A DNA stretch of 64,000 nucleotides from an uncultured delta proteobacterium (GCA_963775425.1 CAVZJB010000002.1:64001-128000), one strand, 5' to 3'. Counted from the first letter of the stretch, positions 10,484 through 22,443 are shown. Made by a program: numbers and translations. The notes: generated by a model not told the origin, from the letters alone.

Positions 10484-12031
10484 TCAGCGGGTGAGGGCGA
10501 AGGCGCGGTTGAGGCGGTCGTTGGCGGCGGTGTAGCGGCGCTGGACCACGAGGCGGGCGACGTCGCGCTGGAGCGAGAGGATCTTCGCCTGGTGAGACGC
10601 GGGGGCGCTCTCGCTCGCGTAGGTGAGCCGCTTTTCCTTGGCGTTGATGAAGCCGCGGTCGATGCGCGTGTGCAGGGCCACGCTGCGCGCCTTGGACCAG
10701 AGGGCGTCGGCGTTGTTTCCCTGCGCTTCGAGGCGATGCGCGCGCGCGGCGAGCGCGTCCACCGTGGGCACGTCGCCGGGGAGCACGCCACGCCGCTTCA
10801 TGGCGGCGGCGAGGCGAACGCTCCCGGCGGACCCGCTCTTGACCTTGTCGTGCACGCGGGCCGAGCCGCTGTTGGTCACGCCGGCGTCCGGGCTGCCGGT
10901 GCCCCCGGCGCCGGCGACGCCGGCGTCGGCCGCGTCGCCGGCCGCCTCCGCGCTGCCGGCGTCCTCGGTGTCCCCGGCGCGCGGTGCGCTCGCGGGCTTG
11001 GCCTCCTGCGGGGGCGTGGGCGGGGGCGGCGCGGGCTTGGCCATCAGCGCCGCGACGACGGCCACGGCGACGACGGTGACGACGACGACGGCCGTGATCA
11101 GCGCCGCGCGCGGCACCGCCGGCTCGACCGCGACGGCGGGCCCCTCCTGCGAGGACGCCGCCGCCGACGCCTCGCGCACGAGCACCGTCCCCGTCGACGA
11201 CGTCGGCTCCTCGCCGTTCACCGCGCGCGCAAACGCACTCAGCAGCGCGTCGGCGTTGGCGTAGCGGTCGCTCGGGCGGCGCGCCATCGCCCGCCGCACC
11301 ACGGCGTCGACGGCGGGGCTGACGTCGGGGTTGTGCTCGAGCAGCGACGGCGGCCCCTGCTTTTGCGCCTTGAACGCCTCCGCCGGCGTCGACGCCTCGA
11401 ACGGCAGCCGCCCCGCCATGCACGCGTACAACACGACGCCGAGCGCGTAGAGGTCGCTCTGCGAGGTGGCCTGCTCGCCCTGCCAGACCTCCGGCGCGAT
11501 GAAGCGCAGCGAGCCCACCGTGCGCCCCGCCTGCGTGATGCGCGTGACGTCGTTGCCGGTGGCCATGCCGAAGTCGAGGACGCAGACGCTCCCGTCCGGC
11601 TTGATCATGATGTTGCCGGGCTTGAGGTCGCGATGCACCACGCCCACGTCGTGCGCCGCCTGCAGCGCCGGCACGATCCCCCGCAGGATCTCGAGCACCC
11701 GCGCCGGCGGCTGGCGCCCCTCGCGGTGGATGAGCGCCGCCAACGTCTCCCCCGCGACGTACTCCATGGTGATGAAGGTGTGGCCGTCCTCCTCGTGGAG
11801 GTCGTGCAGCCGGGAGACGCCCGCGGAGTTGATGCGGCGGGTGAGCACGATCTCGCGCTTGAAGCGCTCGCGCACCTCCGGGTCGTCGACGAGCCACGGG
11901 TGGAGGACCTTCAGCGCCACCGCCTGGTCCAACAGCGTGTCGCGCGCGAGGTACACCACGCCCGACGCACCCTTCCCGAGGGTCTCCTCGAGGAGGAAGC
12001 GCGACAGCCTGCTGCCAGGACCTAGGTCCAT
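10484..12031 (-). CDS. Hanks-type Ser/Thr protein kinase with TM helix and extracytoplasmic C-terminus
   Basis: LGKGASGVVY, VALKVL, HRDLKPGNIMI, DFG, APE; hydrophobic TM ITAVVVVTVVAVAVVAALM. Confidence 0.93.
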   Translation of the reverse strand: MDLGPGSRLSRFLLEETLGKGASGVVYLARDTLLDQAVALKVLHPWLVDDPEVRERFKREIVLTRRINSAGVSRLHDLHEEDGHTFITMEYVAGETLAALIHREGRQPPARVLEILRGIVPALQAAHDVGVVHRDLKPGNIMIKPDGSVCVLDFGMATGNDVTRITQAGRTVGSLRFIAPEVWQGEQATSQSDLYALGVVLYACMAGRLPFEASTPAEAFKAQKQGPPSLLEHNPDVSPAVDAVVRRAMARRPSDRYANADALLSAFARAVNGEEPTSSTGTVLVREASAAASSQEGPAVAVEPAVPRAALITAVVVVTVVAVAVVAALMAKPAPPPPTPPQEAKPASAPRAGDTEDAGSAEAAGDAADAGVAGAGGTGSPDAGVTNSGSARVHDKVKSGSAGSVRLAAAMKRRGVLPGDVPTVDALAARAHRLEAQGNNADALWSKARSVALHTRIDRGFINAKEKRLTYASESAPASHQAKILSLQRDVARLVVQRRYTAANDRLNRAFALTR

Positions 12032-12052
12032 CCGCCCATGTTAGACCGGCGC

Positions 12053-13237
12053 ATGCTGGTTGCGCTGAAACCGGGCAAGGACCGTGCGGTGCGCCGCCGT
12101 CACCCGTGGATCTTCTCGGGGGCCATCGCCCGCACCGAGGGTGATCCGCAAAGCGGCGACACCGTCGACGTCGTCGACGACAAGGGCGCCCTCCTCGGCC
12201 GCGGCGCCTTCAGCCCGTCCTCGCAGATCCGCGTGCGCATGTGGACCTTCGACGACGCCCCCGTCGACGACGCGCTCGTCGCCGCCCGCGTCGCCGGCGC
12301 CGTCGAGCTCCGCAAGGACCTCGTCCTCGACAAGGACACCACCTGCGCCCGCCTCGTGTTCGCCGAGGGCGACTTCCTCCCCGGCCTGGTCTGCGACCTC
12401 TACGACGACACGGCCGTCATCCAGTGCCAGAGCGCCGGCGCCGAGCGCTTCCGCGACGCCGCCGTGGCCGCCCTCCGCGCCGAGACCGGCGCCGCTCGCG
12501 TGGTCGAGCGCAGCGACGCCGACGTGCGCGGCCTCGAAGGCCTGCCGGCACGCACCGGCGTCCTGCACGGGCCCGCCCTCGAGGGCCCCCTCGCCGTGCT
12601 CGAAAACGGACTGCGCTTCCTCGTCGACGTCGAGCGCGGCCACAAGACCGGCTTCTACCTCGACCAGCGCGACGCCCGCGCCCGCGTGCGCGCCATGGCC
12701 CACGGCCGCCGCGTGCTCAACTGCTTCGGCTACACCGGCGGCTTCGCCGTCGCCGCCCTCGCCGGCGGCGCCGACAGCGCCGTCACCGTCGACAGCTCGC
12801 TGCCGGCCCTCGAGATGGCCGAGAAGAACGTGGCCGCGAACGGCCTCGACGAGGCGCGCCACACCGGCCTCAAGGGCGACGCCTTCGACGTGCTGCGCGG
12901 CATGCGGGACGACGGCGAGCGCTTCGGCCTCATCGTGCTCGACCCGCCCAAGCTCGCGCCCAAGGCGGCCCATGTCGACAAGGCCGTGCGCGCCTATCGC
13001 GAGCTCGCCCACAGCGCGCTCCTGCTGCTCGAGCCGGGCGGGATCTTGTTCACCTTCTCCTGCTCGGGCGCGGTGGACCGCGATCTGTTCCGCCAGATCA
13101 CGGCGCAGGCGGCGCAGAAGGCCCGGCGAGACGTGCGCGTGCTCGGGCACCTCGGTCATCCGCCGGACCACCCCGTGCCCCTCGCCTTTCCCGAGGGCGA
13201 GTACCTCAAGGGCCTGATCTGCGTCACGTCCACCTAG
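12053..13237 (+). CDS. rlmI: 23S rRNA m5C1962 methyltransferase, RlmI-like
   Basis: PUA-like N-terminus RRHPWIFSGAI, GHKTGFYLDQRD, VLNCFGYTGGF, IVLDPPK, TFSCS, EGEYLKG. Confidence 0.88.
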   Translation: MLVALKPGKDRAVRRRHPWIFSGAIARTEGDPQSGDTVDVVDDKGALLGRGAFSPSSQIRVRMWTFDDAPVDDALVAARVAGAVELRKDLVLDKDTTCARLVFAEGDFLPGLVCDLYDDTAVIQCQSAGAERFRDAAVAALRAETGAARVVERSDADVRGLEGLPARTGVLHGPALEGPLAVLENGLRFLVDVERGHKTGFYLDQRDARARVRAMAHGRRVLNCFGYTGGFAVAALAGGADSAVTVDSSLPALEMAEKNVAANGLDEARHTGLKGDAFDVLRGMRDDGERFGLIVLDPPKLAPKAAHVDKAVRAYRELAHSALLLLEPGGILFTFSCSGAVDRDLFRQITAQAAQKARRDVRVLGHLGHPPDHPVPLAFPEGEYLKGLICVTST

Positions 13238-13389
13238 GCGATTCGTCGTCGTCACCGTGACCGGGGGGGCGGCTCCCCCCGGGCCCGTCGGAACGCGTGT
13301 AGGTTGCGTCCTGACGCCGTCTCCTCGGCCTACCGACGGACGGTGGCGTTGCGGACGGGGGGAGAGCCCCACCCGATACGTGCATTGTC

Positions 13390-14118
13390 ATGCACTCCAC
13401 ATCCCACGAAGGTGAACCCGAGACCAGCCGCCCGCGGGAGCGACCGGTGCTCGTTCGTCCCATCCCCGCGACCCCCTCCGCCGCGCCCTCGGGCGGGCGC
13501 CTGGCCAAGACCAGCGGGGACGGCCCCGCGATCCGGCCGCCGCCGGTCGCCCAGCCCGCCGCCCCCGTGGTCGCGCCCGTGCACCGCTTGCTGCGGCACC
13601 GCTTGACGTCGCCCGAGAAGCGCACCGTCAAGCGCATCCAGGCCACCCGCGTGGAGCTCTTCACCGCGCTCGAGCGCCCGTCCCAGGATCTGGTGCGGTC
13701 GCGCATCCTGCAGATGCTCCGCGAGGATCGCGGGCTGCAGCAGGGTCTGCCGAGCGCGGAGTCCTACGACATCCTCGCCGGCTGGCTCACCGACGACGCG
13801 CTCTCCGGCCGCACGGCCGCCGAGCTCGTCGGGCTGTTCCTCCGCGAGATCGGCGCCATGGAGCGGCCGGAGCTGTCGGCGCCGCGCGTGAAGGCCGCGC
13901 TGCGCGTGCTCAACGAGGTCCTCTACGGCGACCAGCAAGACGGCGCCATCCCGCAGGGCGTGCGGGAGCTGCGCCTCGAGAAGCGCGACGGCGGCCTCCA
14001 GATCGTCGGCGTGCTCCGCGCCGGCGCCGACGAGAGCCGCGTGCGCCAGGCGTGCCGCGAGGCGCTCCGGGCGTCGAGCTACCCCGACGTCGACGTCAGG
14101 CTGGTTTCGCGCCGGTAG
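13390..14118 (+). CDS. Hypothetical protein (Pro-rich N-terminus, helical core)
   Basis: 242-aa ORF with coding-like GC3 bias; no family recognised. Confidence 0.7.
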   Translation: MHSTSHEGEPETSRPRERPVLVRPIPATPSAAPSGGRLAKTSGDGPAIRPPPVAQPAAPVVAPVHRLLRHRLTSPEKRTVKRIQATRVELFTALERPSQDLVRSRILQMLREDRGLQQGLPSAESYDILAGWLTDDALSGRTAAELVGLFLREIGAMERPELSAPRVKAALRVLNEVLYGDQQDGAIPQGVRELRLEKRDGGLQIVGVLRAGADESRVRQACREALRASSYPDVDVRLVSRR

Positions 14119-14136
14119 CTGCGGCATCATCGGCGG

Positions 14137-15414
14137 ATGGTCGGCACCGTCCGCCGCGGCCACAACGTGGGGAGCGTCGGCGCCGTCGATGACGGCGCCG
14201 TTCGCGTCGGCGCAGGCAGCTCCGCCGGCAGCCGCGCCGCCCTCGCGGGCCTTCACGCCACGCGCCCGAACCGGCGTCGCCTCCGCCGCGCGGTGACGGC
14301 GGCGCTGTTCGGGCTCTCCCTCCTCGGCGGCCAGCCGGTGCAGGCGCACCCGAACGACCAGCGCCCGCTCCAGACACAGCACAACGAGCTGGTGCTGCCG
14401 CCCGCGCCCCCGCCCCGGTGGCTGATGCCCGAGCTGGTGCCGGTGTGGCACGAGGTGCAGGCGGGTCAGACGCAGGTGTCGGTGCGGGCCAAGCCGCCGG
14501 CTCACGAGGTCGATCCGGGCAAGCCGCACCAGGGCTTGCCGGACACGCTGGCGACGCTGTCGGGCGGCACCACCGTCGTGCACGGCACGGATCCGGGCGA
14601 CTTCTACTGCGAGCACGCGTTCTTCACGACGACGGAGGTGGCGCGCGCCCCGGGATCCACGGTGCTGCGCGACGCCCAGGGCGAGGTGCTCACCGGCTTC
14701 CTCCACAGCCCGGGCGACGCGTACACATACGACGCCTCGCAGATCCCGGTGCAGGCCGAGCGCCATCGGGAGCGCGCCGAGGTGGTGGGCGCCGCCATCC
14801 GCGGCTTCTTCGAGAGCGCCCGCGACCAGATCGGCGACAAGCCGTTCAAGATGCTGCTCACGGGCTACGGCGCGTGGGGCGGCACGGTGAACAACCCCAC
14901 CGGCGACTTCGTGCTGCACACCGAAAACGTCGACGCCGCCATGAAGGCCGCGTTCGGATCCGCGCTGACGACGCCGCAGGGCACGGTCGTCGACGGACCG
15001 CGCTCGTCGGGCGGGGGCGAGAGCACGGTGTTGCGTTACCGGATCCTGGATCCGCAAACGGGGGCGCCGCGCACGGTGACCATCGACGCCGCGCTGCTGC
15101 CGGTGAGCGACGCGGCCATCAACGGCAGCCCGGTGTCGTTACAAGCGCTGATGGACAAGCTCGGGCCGCACGCGGTGCTGTCGATGGGCGTGTCGGGCGG
15201 ATCCGGCTCGTTCGTCGCCGAGTTCCACGCCGACGACGGCGGCCTCGCCGTGGTGGACGGGAAGCCCGCCCACGACGACGCCAAAGACCCCGATCGGAGC
15301 CAGCCCGACAACTACGCGCTCGCCCGCGCCATCCTCGCCGGCCGCCTCGCGGTGTCGGGGGGCGACCCTACGGACCCGCGCGTGACGTCGATTGGCAGCG
15401 GAGGAGGACCGTGA
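14137..15414 (+). CDS. Pyroglutamyl-peptidase I (C15)-like protein, apparently circularly permuted
   Basis: DPGDFYCEH (Cys motif) and GFLHSP (His motif) precede MLLTGYGAW..NNPT, LLPV, VLSMG and FVAEFH (Glu motif). Confidence 0.65.
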   Translation: MVGTVRRGHNVGSVGAVDDGAVRVGAGSSAGSRAALAGLHATRPNRRRLRRAVTAALFGLSLLGGQPVQAHPNDQRPLQTQHNELVLPPAPPPRWLMPELVPVWHEVQAGQTQVSVRAKPPAHEVDPGKPHQGLPDTLATLSGGTTVVHGTDPGDFYCEHAFFTTTEVARAPGSTVLRDAQGEVLTGFLHSPGDAYTYDASQIPVQAERHRERAEVVGAAIRGFFESARDQIGDKPFKMLLTGYGAWGGTVNNPTGDFVLHTENVDAAMKAAFGSALTTPQGTVVDGPRSSGGGESTVLRYRILDPQTGAPRTVTIDAALLPVSDAAINGSPVSLQALMDKLGPHAVLSMGVSGGSGSFVAEFHADDGGLAVVDGKPAHDDAKDPDRSQPDNYALARAILAGRLAVSGGDPTDPRVTSIGSGGGP

Positions 15415-15846
15415 GCGAGTTGCCGACCAAGGCGGCGCTGGCCGCCGGCAAGGACATGGCCAAGCGGGCCCTCGAGGATTCTGACGCTCTCCGACGAGGA
15501 CAAGGAGAAGCGCTCCGAGGAGCGCGCGGCCAAGCGCAAAAAGACGCTGGTCAAGTACGGCCTCATCGGCGTCGGCGGCGTCGTGTTGTTGCTGTCGTTG
15601 ATGAGCGTGCTCGCCAAGCTCTGGGTGTACGCGCTCGGGCTGCTCGTCGTCGCCGGCATCGGCGGCGCCGGCTACTTCTACGCCAAGCCCAAGCTGCGCG
15701 CGCTGAAGGAGAGGGCCACCGCGCGCCTGACCGAGGCGCGCGAGGCGGAAGAGGCGGCGGAGCGCGACAAGGCCGTCGTCGACGCCGCCGCGGCCAAGCA
15801 GAAGAAGCTCGAGGACGAGCTGGCGGCGCTCAAGAAGAAGGCCTGA
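15411..15846 (+). CDS. Small hypothetical membrane protein with an apparent 1-nt insertion frameshift at about 15480
   Basis: GTG overlaps the upstream stop. Removing one T in 'gaggattctgacg' gives MSELPTKAALAAGKDMAKRALEDLTLSDEDKEKR...two TM...LKKKA. Confidence 0.65.
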
Positions 15847-15847
15847 C

Positions 15848-16201
15848 GTGCGGGTGCATCACATCGCCGTCCAGGTGCACGACCTCGCGCGCGCGCGCGC
15901 GTTCTACGTCGACCTGCTCGGGCTGCCCGAGCTGCGGCGGCAGGCGCATTCGATCTGGGTGGACGCCGAGGGCACCGTCGTGATGCTCGAGCGCGGCGGC
16001 CCGAGCGAAGAGGGCCGCGCGGCGCGCGCGGGGCTGAAGGCGCTCGCGTTCTCGATGGAGCCCGGCGCGCGCGAGCTGTGGCGGGAGAGGCTCATCGCCC
16101 ACGGCCACCCCGTCGAGGACGAGACGGACTACACGCTCTACACCCGCGACCCCGACGGCACCCGCGTTGCGCTGTCGAGCTACCCCGACAAGTCGCGCTG
16201 A
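15848..16201 (+). CDS. VOC/glyoxalase family protein
   Basis: VHHIAVQVHDLARARAFYVDLLGL..TLYTRDPDGTRVALS. Confidence 0.88.
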   Translation: MRVHHIAVQVHDLARARAFYVDLLGLPELRRQAHSIWVDAEGTVVMLERGGPSEEGRAARAGLKALAFSMEPGARELWRERLIAHGHPVEDETDYTLYTRDPDGTRVALSSYPDKSR

Positions 16202-16518
16202 AGCGAGACCAGGCGCGTGCGGTATCGCGCCTTCGCTGCGGCGCTCTTCATCCACGCCCTGTACGGGTCCAGCCGTGGATCAGGCTTCTGGTGCTTGCGG
16301 CGATCGCCGGCCCCGCGCGGCCGAGGCGGTTGAAGTGGTTTCGCGTCGGCGAGCACCATGGAAGGCGCGCGGCCGAGCAGACGAGCTGAGATTCTCGGCG
16401 GGGCGACGTGCTCGCTGACGATGACGTCGTGCCCCGCCGCGAATGTCTACGCCGCGCGCCTTCGGCGCCTCTCTCGCATCGCGGCGACGGTCGCCGCCGT
16501 CGTCGCGGCGTGACGACA

Positions 16519-17888
<1,370 letters not shown>

Positions 17889-17892
<4 letters not shown>

Positions 17893-19322
17893 CCGACCTC
17901 CTTTGGGTCTTGTCTCAGTCGCAAGACGAAGCGCGCGCCGCCGCGGGCCCCCGCGGCCTCGACCGCCTCGACGGGCTCGACGTACTCGAGATCGCCGCCG
18001 TTGTCGCGCATGAGCCGCCGCGACCCGGCGAGGCCGAGGCCGGTGCCGCGCTGCTTGTTCGTCGCGAACGGCACGAAGAGCTGCGCGCGCATGGCGGCGG
18101 CGACGCCGGGGCCGTCGTCGACGACGTGGACCTCGACGCCCACCGCGCCCGCCGCGCGCACCGAGAGCGTCACCGTGCGCGCGCCCGCCTGCGCCGCGTT
18201 CTGCACGAGGTTCAAGAGCACCTGCTGCAGGTGCCCCTCGTCGACGCGAGCCCGCGCCGCGTCCCCCTCGACGACGACGCGGCCGCCGGTGAGTGGCCCC
18301 CCCGGGAGCGCCGCGCGCGCCGCCGCCTGCTCGCACGCGGCCTTGAGGTCGACGTCTTTCGTCTCGGGCGCGCGCGGGCGCGCGTAGGACAGGAGCGCTT
18401 CGAGCGTGCGCGAGAGCCTCCGCACCTCCTCCTCGACGATGGCCGCCGCCTGCTGCCGCGCGGCCAGGGGCTTGTCCGCGTTGCCCACGATCTCCGCCGC
18501 GCCGAGCACGATGCCGAGCGGGTTCTTCAGCTCGTGCGCGATGACCGCGGTGGCGCGGCCGATGGCCGCGAGCGACTCCTTCTCCGCGAGCGCGGTGGCG
18601 GCGTCGTCGAGGGCGCGGGTCATGGCGTTGAAGTCGGCGGCGAGGCGCGCGAGCTCGTCGTTGCCGCGCACGTCGACGGTGACGTCGCGGTCGCCGCCGC
18701 GCACCTTGGCCGCGGCGTCGGCCACCGTGCGCACGCGACGCACCACCGAGGTCATCAAGAGCCCCGCGCCGAGGAGCCCGAGCAGGCCGAGCCCGAGCGC
18801 GGCGAGCACGATCTCGCGCCGGGTCCTGCGCTGGATCTCCTCGGTGGCGGTCGACGAAAACAGCGCGCGCACGGCGCCGATGGTGCGCGCCTCCGCGGGC
18901 GCGGCCACGCCGAACGCGGCGAGCTCGCCGTCGTCGCCGGGGGGCGCGGGGCGCGTGGTGACGGGCGCGCGCACCTCTACGCCGCCGGCCGCGCGCGCCG
19001 CGCCGGCGGGGCCCGCCCGCGTGGCGAGGACCTTGTCGTCGACGATGACGTCGACACGCACCAGGTCCGGGTTCTTGGCGAACGCGTCGAGCGCGGGGGC
19101 GGCGAGCGCGTCGCTGCGCGCGAGGACGCCGTAGCTGACGGCGTCGGCGAGCTGGGCGGCGGCGGCCCGAAAGCGCGCGCGCTCGACGTCGTGGAGCGCG
19201 CTGTCCGAGCGCTTGACGACGACGACGGCGAGGAGCGTGAGCGCGAGCACGAGCACGAGCACGGCGAGCGAGGCGCGCCCGCGCAGGCCGAGGCCGACCC
19301 GTTCGTTCGGCGCGCGGGTCAT
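17889..19322 (-). CDS. Membrane sensor histidine kinase with HAMP domain
   Basis: Two TM helices, HAMP (GNDELARLAADFNAM), IAHELKNPL, NLVQNAAQA, DDGPGV, GTGLGL. Confidence 0.9.
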
Positions 19323-20279
19323 CGGCGCACCTCCACGCCGGGGCCGCTGCGGACGGCGATGCCGAGGCGCTCCGCGAGGCGGCCGTCGACGACGAGGTGG
19401 CCGCTGGCGGGCGCCACCACCGCGGCCTGCCGTGCGCCGCCGTCGCCCCGCGCGCCGGCGGAGACGGCGAGCGCCAGCGCCTGGCGCGCCATGGCGGCTG
19501 CGTCGACGTCGACGGCGGCGATGGCGCCGACCTTGAGGAAGTACGTGGAGAAGCCGGCGACGGGGGCGCGGGCGGCGAGCGCGTCCTGCACGAGGGGGGC
19601 GACGGTGTCGGGCGTGACGGCGACGGGGTCGGGCACGAGCAGGATGATCGCCGGGCCGCGCTTCTTCAGGGCGGCGTCGACGGCGGGGACGCACTCGCCG
19701 GCGCTGTCGACGTCGACGAGCTCGAGCGTGAGGCCGGCGGCGCGGGCGGCGGCGGCGAGGCCGACGTCGTCGTCGCGGCGGCCGCGCGGCACGATGACGC
19801 GCGTGCGCCCGGGGAACGCGGTGCGCAGCCACGTCATCTGCGAGGCGAACGGCGCGTCGAGGGTGACGGTGGGGACGCCGGCGGGCGCGTCGCGCGCCTT
19901 CACGAGGAACGCCGCGCGCGTCGGGCGCTTGAAGGCGGCGAGCGCGCGCGCGCTGCGGGGGCCGGCGGCGAGGACGACGGCGCCGCTGCCGCCGTCGACG
20001 CTGCCGCCGTCGACGCTGCCGCCGTCGACGCTGCCGTCGATGACGCGAGACCGGACGCCGGCAGCACGCGCACGTCGACGGCGCGGCCGTCGTGCGCGAG
20101 GCCGGCGAGGGCGTCGTCGAGGAGCTTGCTCCGCGCGTCGGCGACGACGAGGACGTGCTCCCCGGCCGCGCGCGCGGGCGCCGCCGTCGACGCGACGGCG
20201 CACAACAGCGCCGCGACCCACGCTCCACGGGGGCCGCGGACGATCCGCCGCGCCGCGCTGGGGGATGGGGGGCGCGTCA
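19319..20279 (-). CDS. Periplasmic ABC substrate-binding-like protein; apparent 1-nt deletion at about 20047; start uncertain
   Basis: One frame encodes the signal peptide WVAALLCAVASTAAPARA plus ..VDVRVLPASG. The adjacent frame continues VVLAAGPRSA..AAGLTL..LLVPDPVAV..PVAGFS..KVGAIAA..LAERLGI. Confidence 0.6.
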
Positions 20280-22313
20280 GAGGTGCGCCTCCACGGCGAG
20301 GGTCACCACGCGGCCCGGCGACGGCAGCAGCAGCGGGTCCGCCTGCGGAGGCGCGAAGCGATCGACGGACGGCTCGTCCCCGTCGAGGACGTTGCGCACG
20401 GAAGCGGTGAGCCCGAGCGTGTCGCCGAAGGGAAACAACGCGCACCACGCGTCCACCAGCGCGCTCTGCCCGGCCGAGCGCAGCACCGCCCGCCCGCGCA
20501 CGCCGGCGCTCACGCCCGAAAACGGCGAGACGCGAACGCCCGCCACCGCCTGCGCCAGGTCCTCGTCGACGGACGGGCCAAAGACGGTGCGCGCGCCGGC
20601 CAACGCTCCCTCGAGCGACAACGCGTCGCCGAACGGCTGCACCGCGCCGGTGAGCTCGCCGCCCACGACAATCCGCGCCGCCAGGTTCTTCGGCACGAGC
20701 AGCCCGCCCTTCACCACGTCCGCCAGCGCGTCCTCGTGGCGCAACCCGTACGCGCGCGCATCGAGCCGAAGCCGCGGCGACGGCGACCACGACGACGACA
20801 GCTCCAGCGTGCGCACGTGCTCGGGGCGCAGGTCGTCGGCGGGCCCCGCGCCCGCGACGCGCCCGTCGACGACGGTCTGCGCCAGCGCCGTCACGTCGTA
20901 GAGGTCCGGCGCCCGCGTCCCCTCCGCGTACGACGCGCGCAGCGCGACGTCGCCGGGCGTCCACGACAGCGCCGCGCGCGGCGACAACGACAGCGGGAAC
21001 GCGGTGCGCAGCTCCGCCGCCACGCCGGCCGTCGCGTGCAGCCCGAGGCCGAAGTCGCCCTGCCACTCGAGGGCGGCGGCCGCGGTGCCCGTGGTGTCGT
21101 CGAGGCTGACGGTGTCGGGCAGCACGCTGCCGTTGCGCGGATCGCGCGAGTCGCTGTGGGCCGTGAGCCCCGTGCCGTCGCCGAAGGCCGCGGCCACCAG
21201 GCGGTGGTCGCGCGACAGCGGCACGTCGACGCGCACGAGCGCCCCCGCCGTGTCGGTGCGCTCGTCGACGTTCAGCGCGCCGCCGTCCTCGAAGATGCCG
21301 CGCGTGGGGTACAGCGGGCCGTCGTCGCTGCGCTCCTCGTGCGCCACCCAACCCGCCGCCTCGAGGTGCACCGGGCCGAGCCAGCGCTGCCAGAGGAGCC
21401 GCGCGCGCTCGACGTCGCGGGTGGCGGTCTGCGGGTCGTCGGCGACGAGGCCGTGGCTGAAGGCGCTCACCGGTTGCCGCGAGACGCCGTGGGCCACCGA
21501 GGCGTCGGCGACGAAGTCGCTCCACTGGCCCACCGCGCGCACCGTCTCGCTGTCCTCGTCGACGCTGACGTCGAGGTTCTCCTTGGTCACCGGCAAGGTG
21601 GCGCCGCCCACGGTCTGGTAGCGCACCGGCACCCCGCGCAGCCGCCACAGCTCGGGCGCGCCGCGCCTCACGCTGCCGCTCACGCGTACGCCGGCGCCGC
21701 CGACGCGCGCCGTCGCCGCCCCGGACACGTCCTGCTCGCCGAACAGCGGCAGGCCGCTCGCGAGCCACGAGCCCGCGGCGCGCGCAGAGCCGCCGGTGAG
21801 CCCGGGCTTCACCGTGATGATGCGCACCACGCCGACGAGCGCGCCCGCGCCGTGCAGCGCCGTCACCGGGCCGCGCACGATCTCGACGCGGTCGACGTCC
21901 ACGAGGCTCACCAGGTCGTCGACGTCGAGGACGTCGCGCTGCCCGTCCACCACCTGCGGCACGTCGTCGACGACGAGGAGCACGCCCGCGGGCACGCCCC
22001 GCAGCGCGTAGCGATAGCCGCGCGACGTGCGCTCACGGGAAAAGCCCGCCACCTGCGCGAGCGCCTCGCCGAGCGTGCGGTAGCCCTGGCGCACGAGGTC
22101 CTGGCCGAGGAGCACCTGCGTGTCCCGCGGTGAGAGGTCGGTGAGGACGGGGACGGCCGCGACCTCCCCATCTGCGGAGGGCCCATCTGCGAAGGAGCCG
22201 TCGGCGAAAGGCCCGTCGGCGAAGGACCCGGCGGCGAAAGGGTCGTCGTCCTGCGCGCGCGCCGTCGTCGCGGTGATCGCACAGAGCACGAGGGCGAGGG
22301 CAACGGTGCGCAT
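20277..22313 (-). CDS. TonB-dependent outer membrane receptor
   Basis: Signal peptide; plug motifs GYRTLGEALAQVAGF, LLVVDDVP, VDRVEIVRGPVTALHGAGALVGVVRIIT; barrel motifs LSPRAAL, LRPE, VRNVLD, PGRVVT. Confidence 0.85.
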   Translation of the reverse strand: MRTVALALVLCAITATTARAQDDDPFAAGSFADGPFADGSFADGPSADGEVAAVPVLTDLSPRDTQVLLGQDLVRQGYRTLGEALAQVAGFSRERTSRGYRYALRGVPAGVLLVVDDVPQVVDGQRDVLDVDDLVSLVDVDRVEIVRGPVTALHGAGALVGVVRIITVKPGLTGGSARAAGSWLASGLPLFGEQDVSGAATARVGGAGVRVSGSVRRGAPELWRLRGVPVRYQTVGGATLPVTKENLDVSVDEDSETVRAVGQWSDFVADASVAHGVSRQPVSAFSHGLVADDPQTATRDVERARLLWQRWLGPVHLEAAGWVAHEERSDDGPLYPTRGIFEDGGALNVDERTDTAGALVRVDVPLSRDHRLVAAAFGDGTGLTAHSDSRDPRNGSVLPDTVSLDDTTGTAAAALEWQGDFGLGLHATAGVAAELRTAFPLSLSPRAALSWTPGDVALRASYAEGTRAPDLYDVTALAQTVVDGRVAGAGPADDLRPEHVRTLELSSSWSPSPRLRLDARAYGLRHEDALADVVKGGLLVPKNLAARIVVGGELTGAVQPFGDALSLEGALAGARTVFGPSVDEDLAQAVAGVRVSPFSGVSAGVRGRAVLRSAGQSALVDAWCALFPFGDTLGLTASVRNVLDGDEPSVDRFAPPQADPLLLPSPGRVVTLAVEAHL

Positions 22314-22423
22314 GCGCGCGCACGCGTGCAACCTCCACGCCGCCCGACGCCCGGCGCCGGGCCGTCCGTCCGGGGCGCTGCCCGGTGGCGCTGCGCGAAG
22401 GAAGGGGTGGAGCAGTTGAGCCA

Positions 22424-22443
22424 GGTGGCTGACCTCAGCCACC
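22424..22443. promoter_or_regulatory. Palindromic candidate enhancer (UAS) for the neighbouring sigma-54 activator
   Basis: Perfect 9-bp inverted repeat GGTGGCTGA-CC-TCAGCCACC, about 55 bp upstream of a -24/-12 promoter. Confidence 0.55.
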
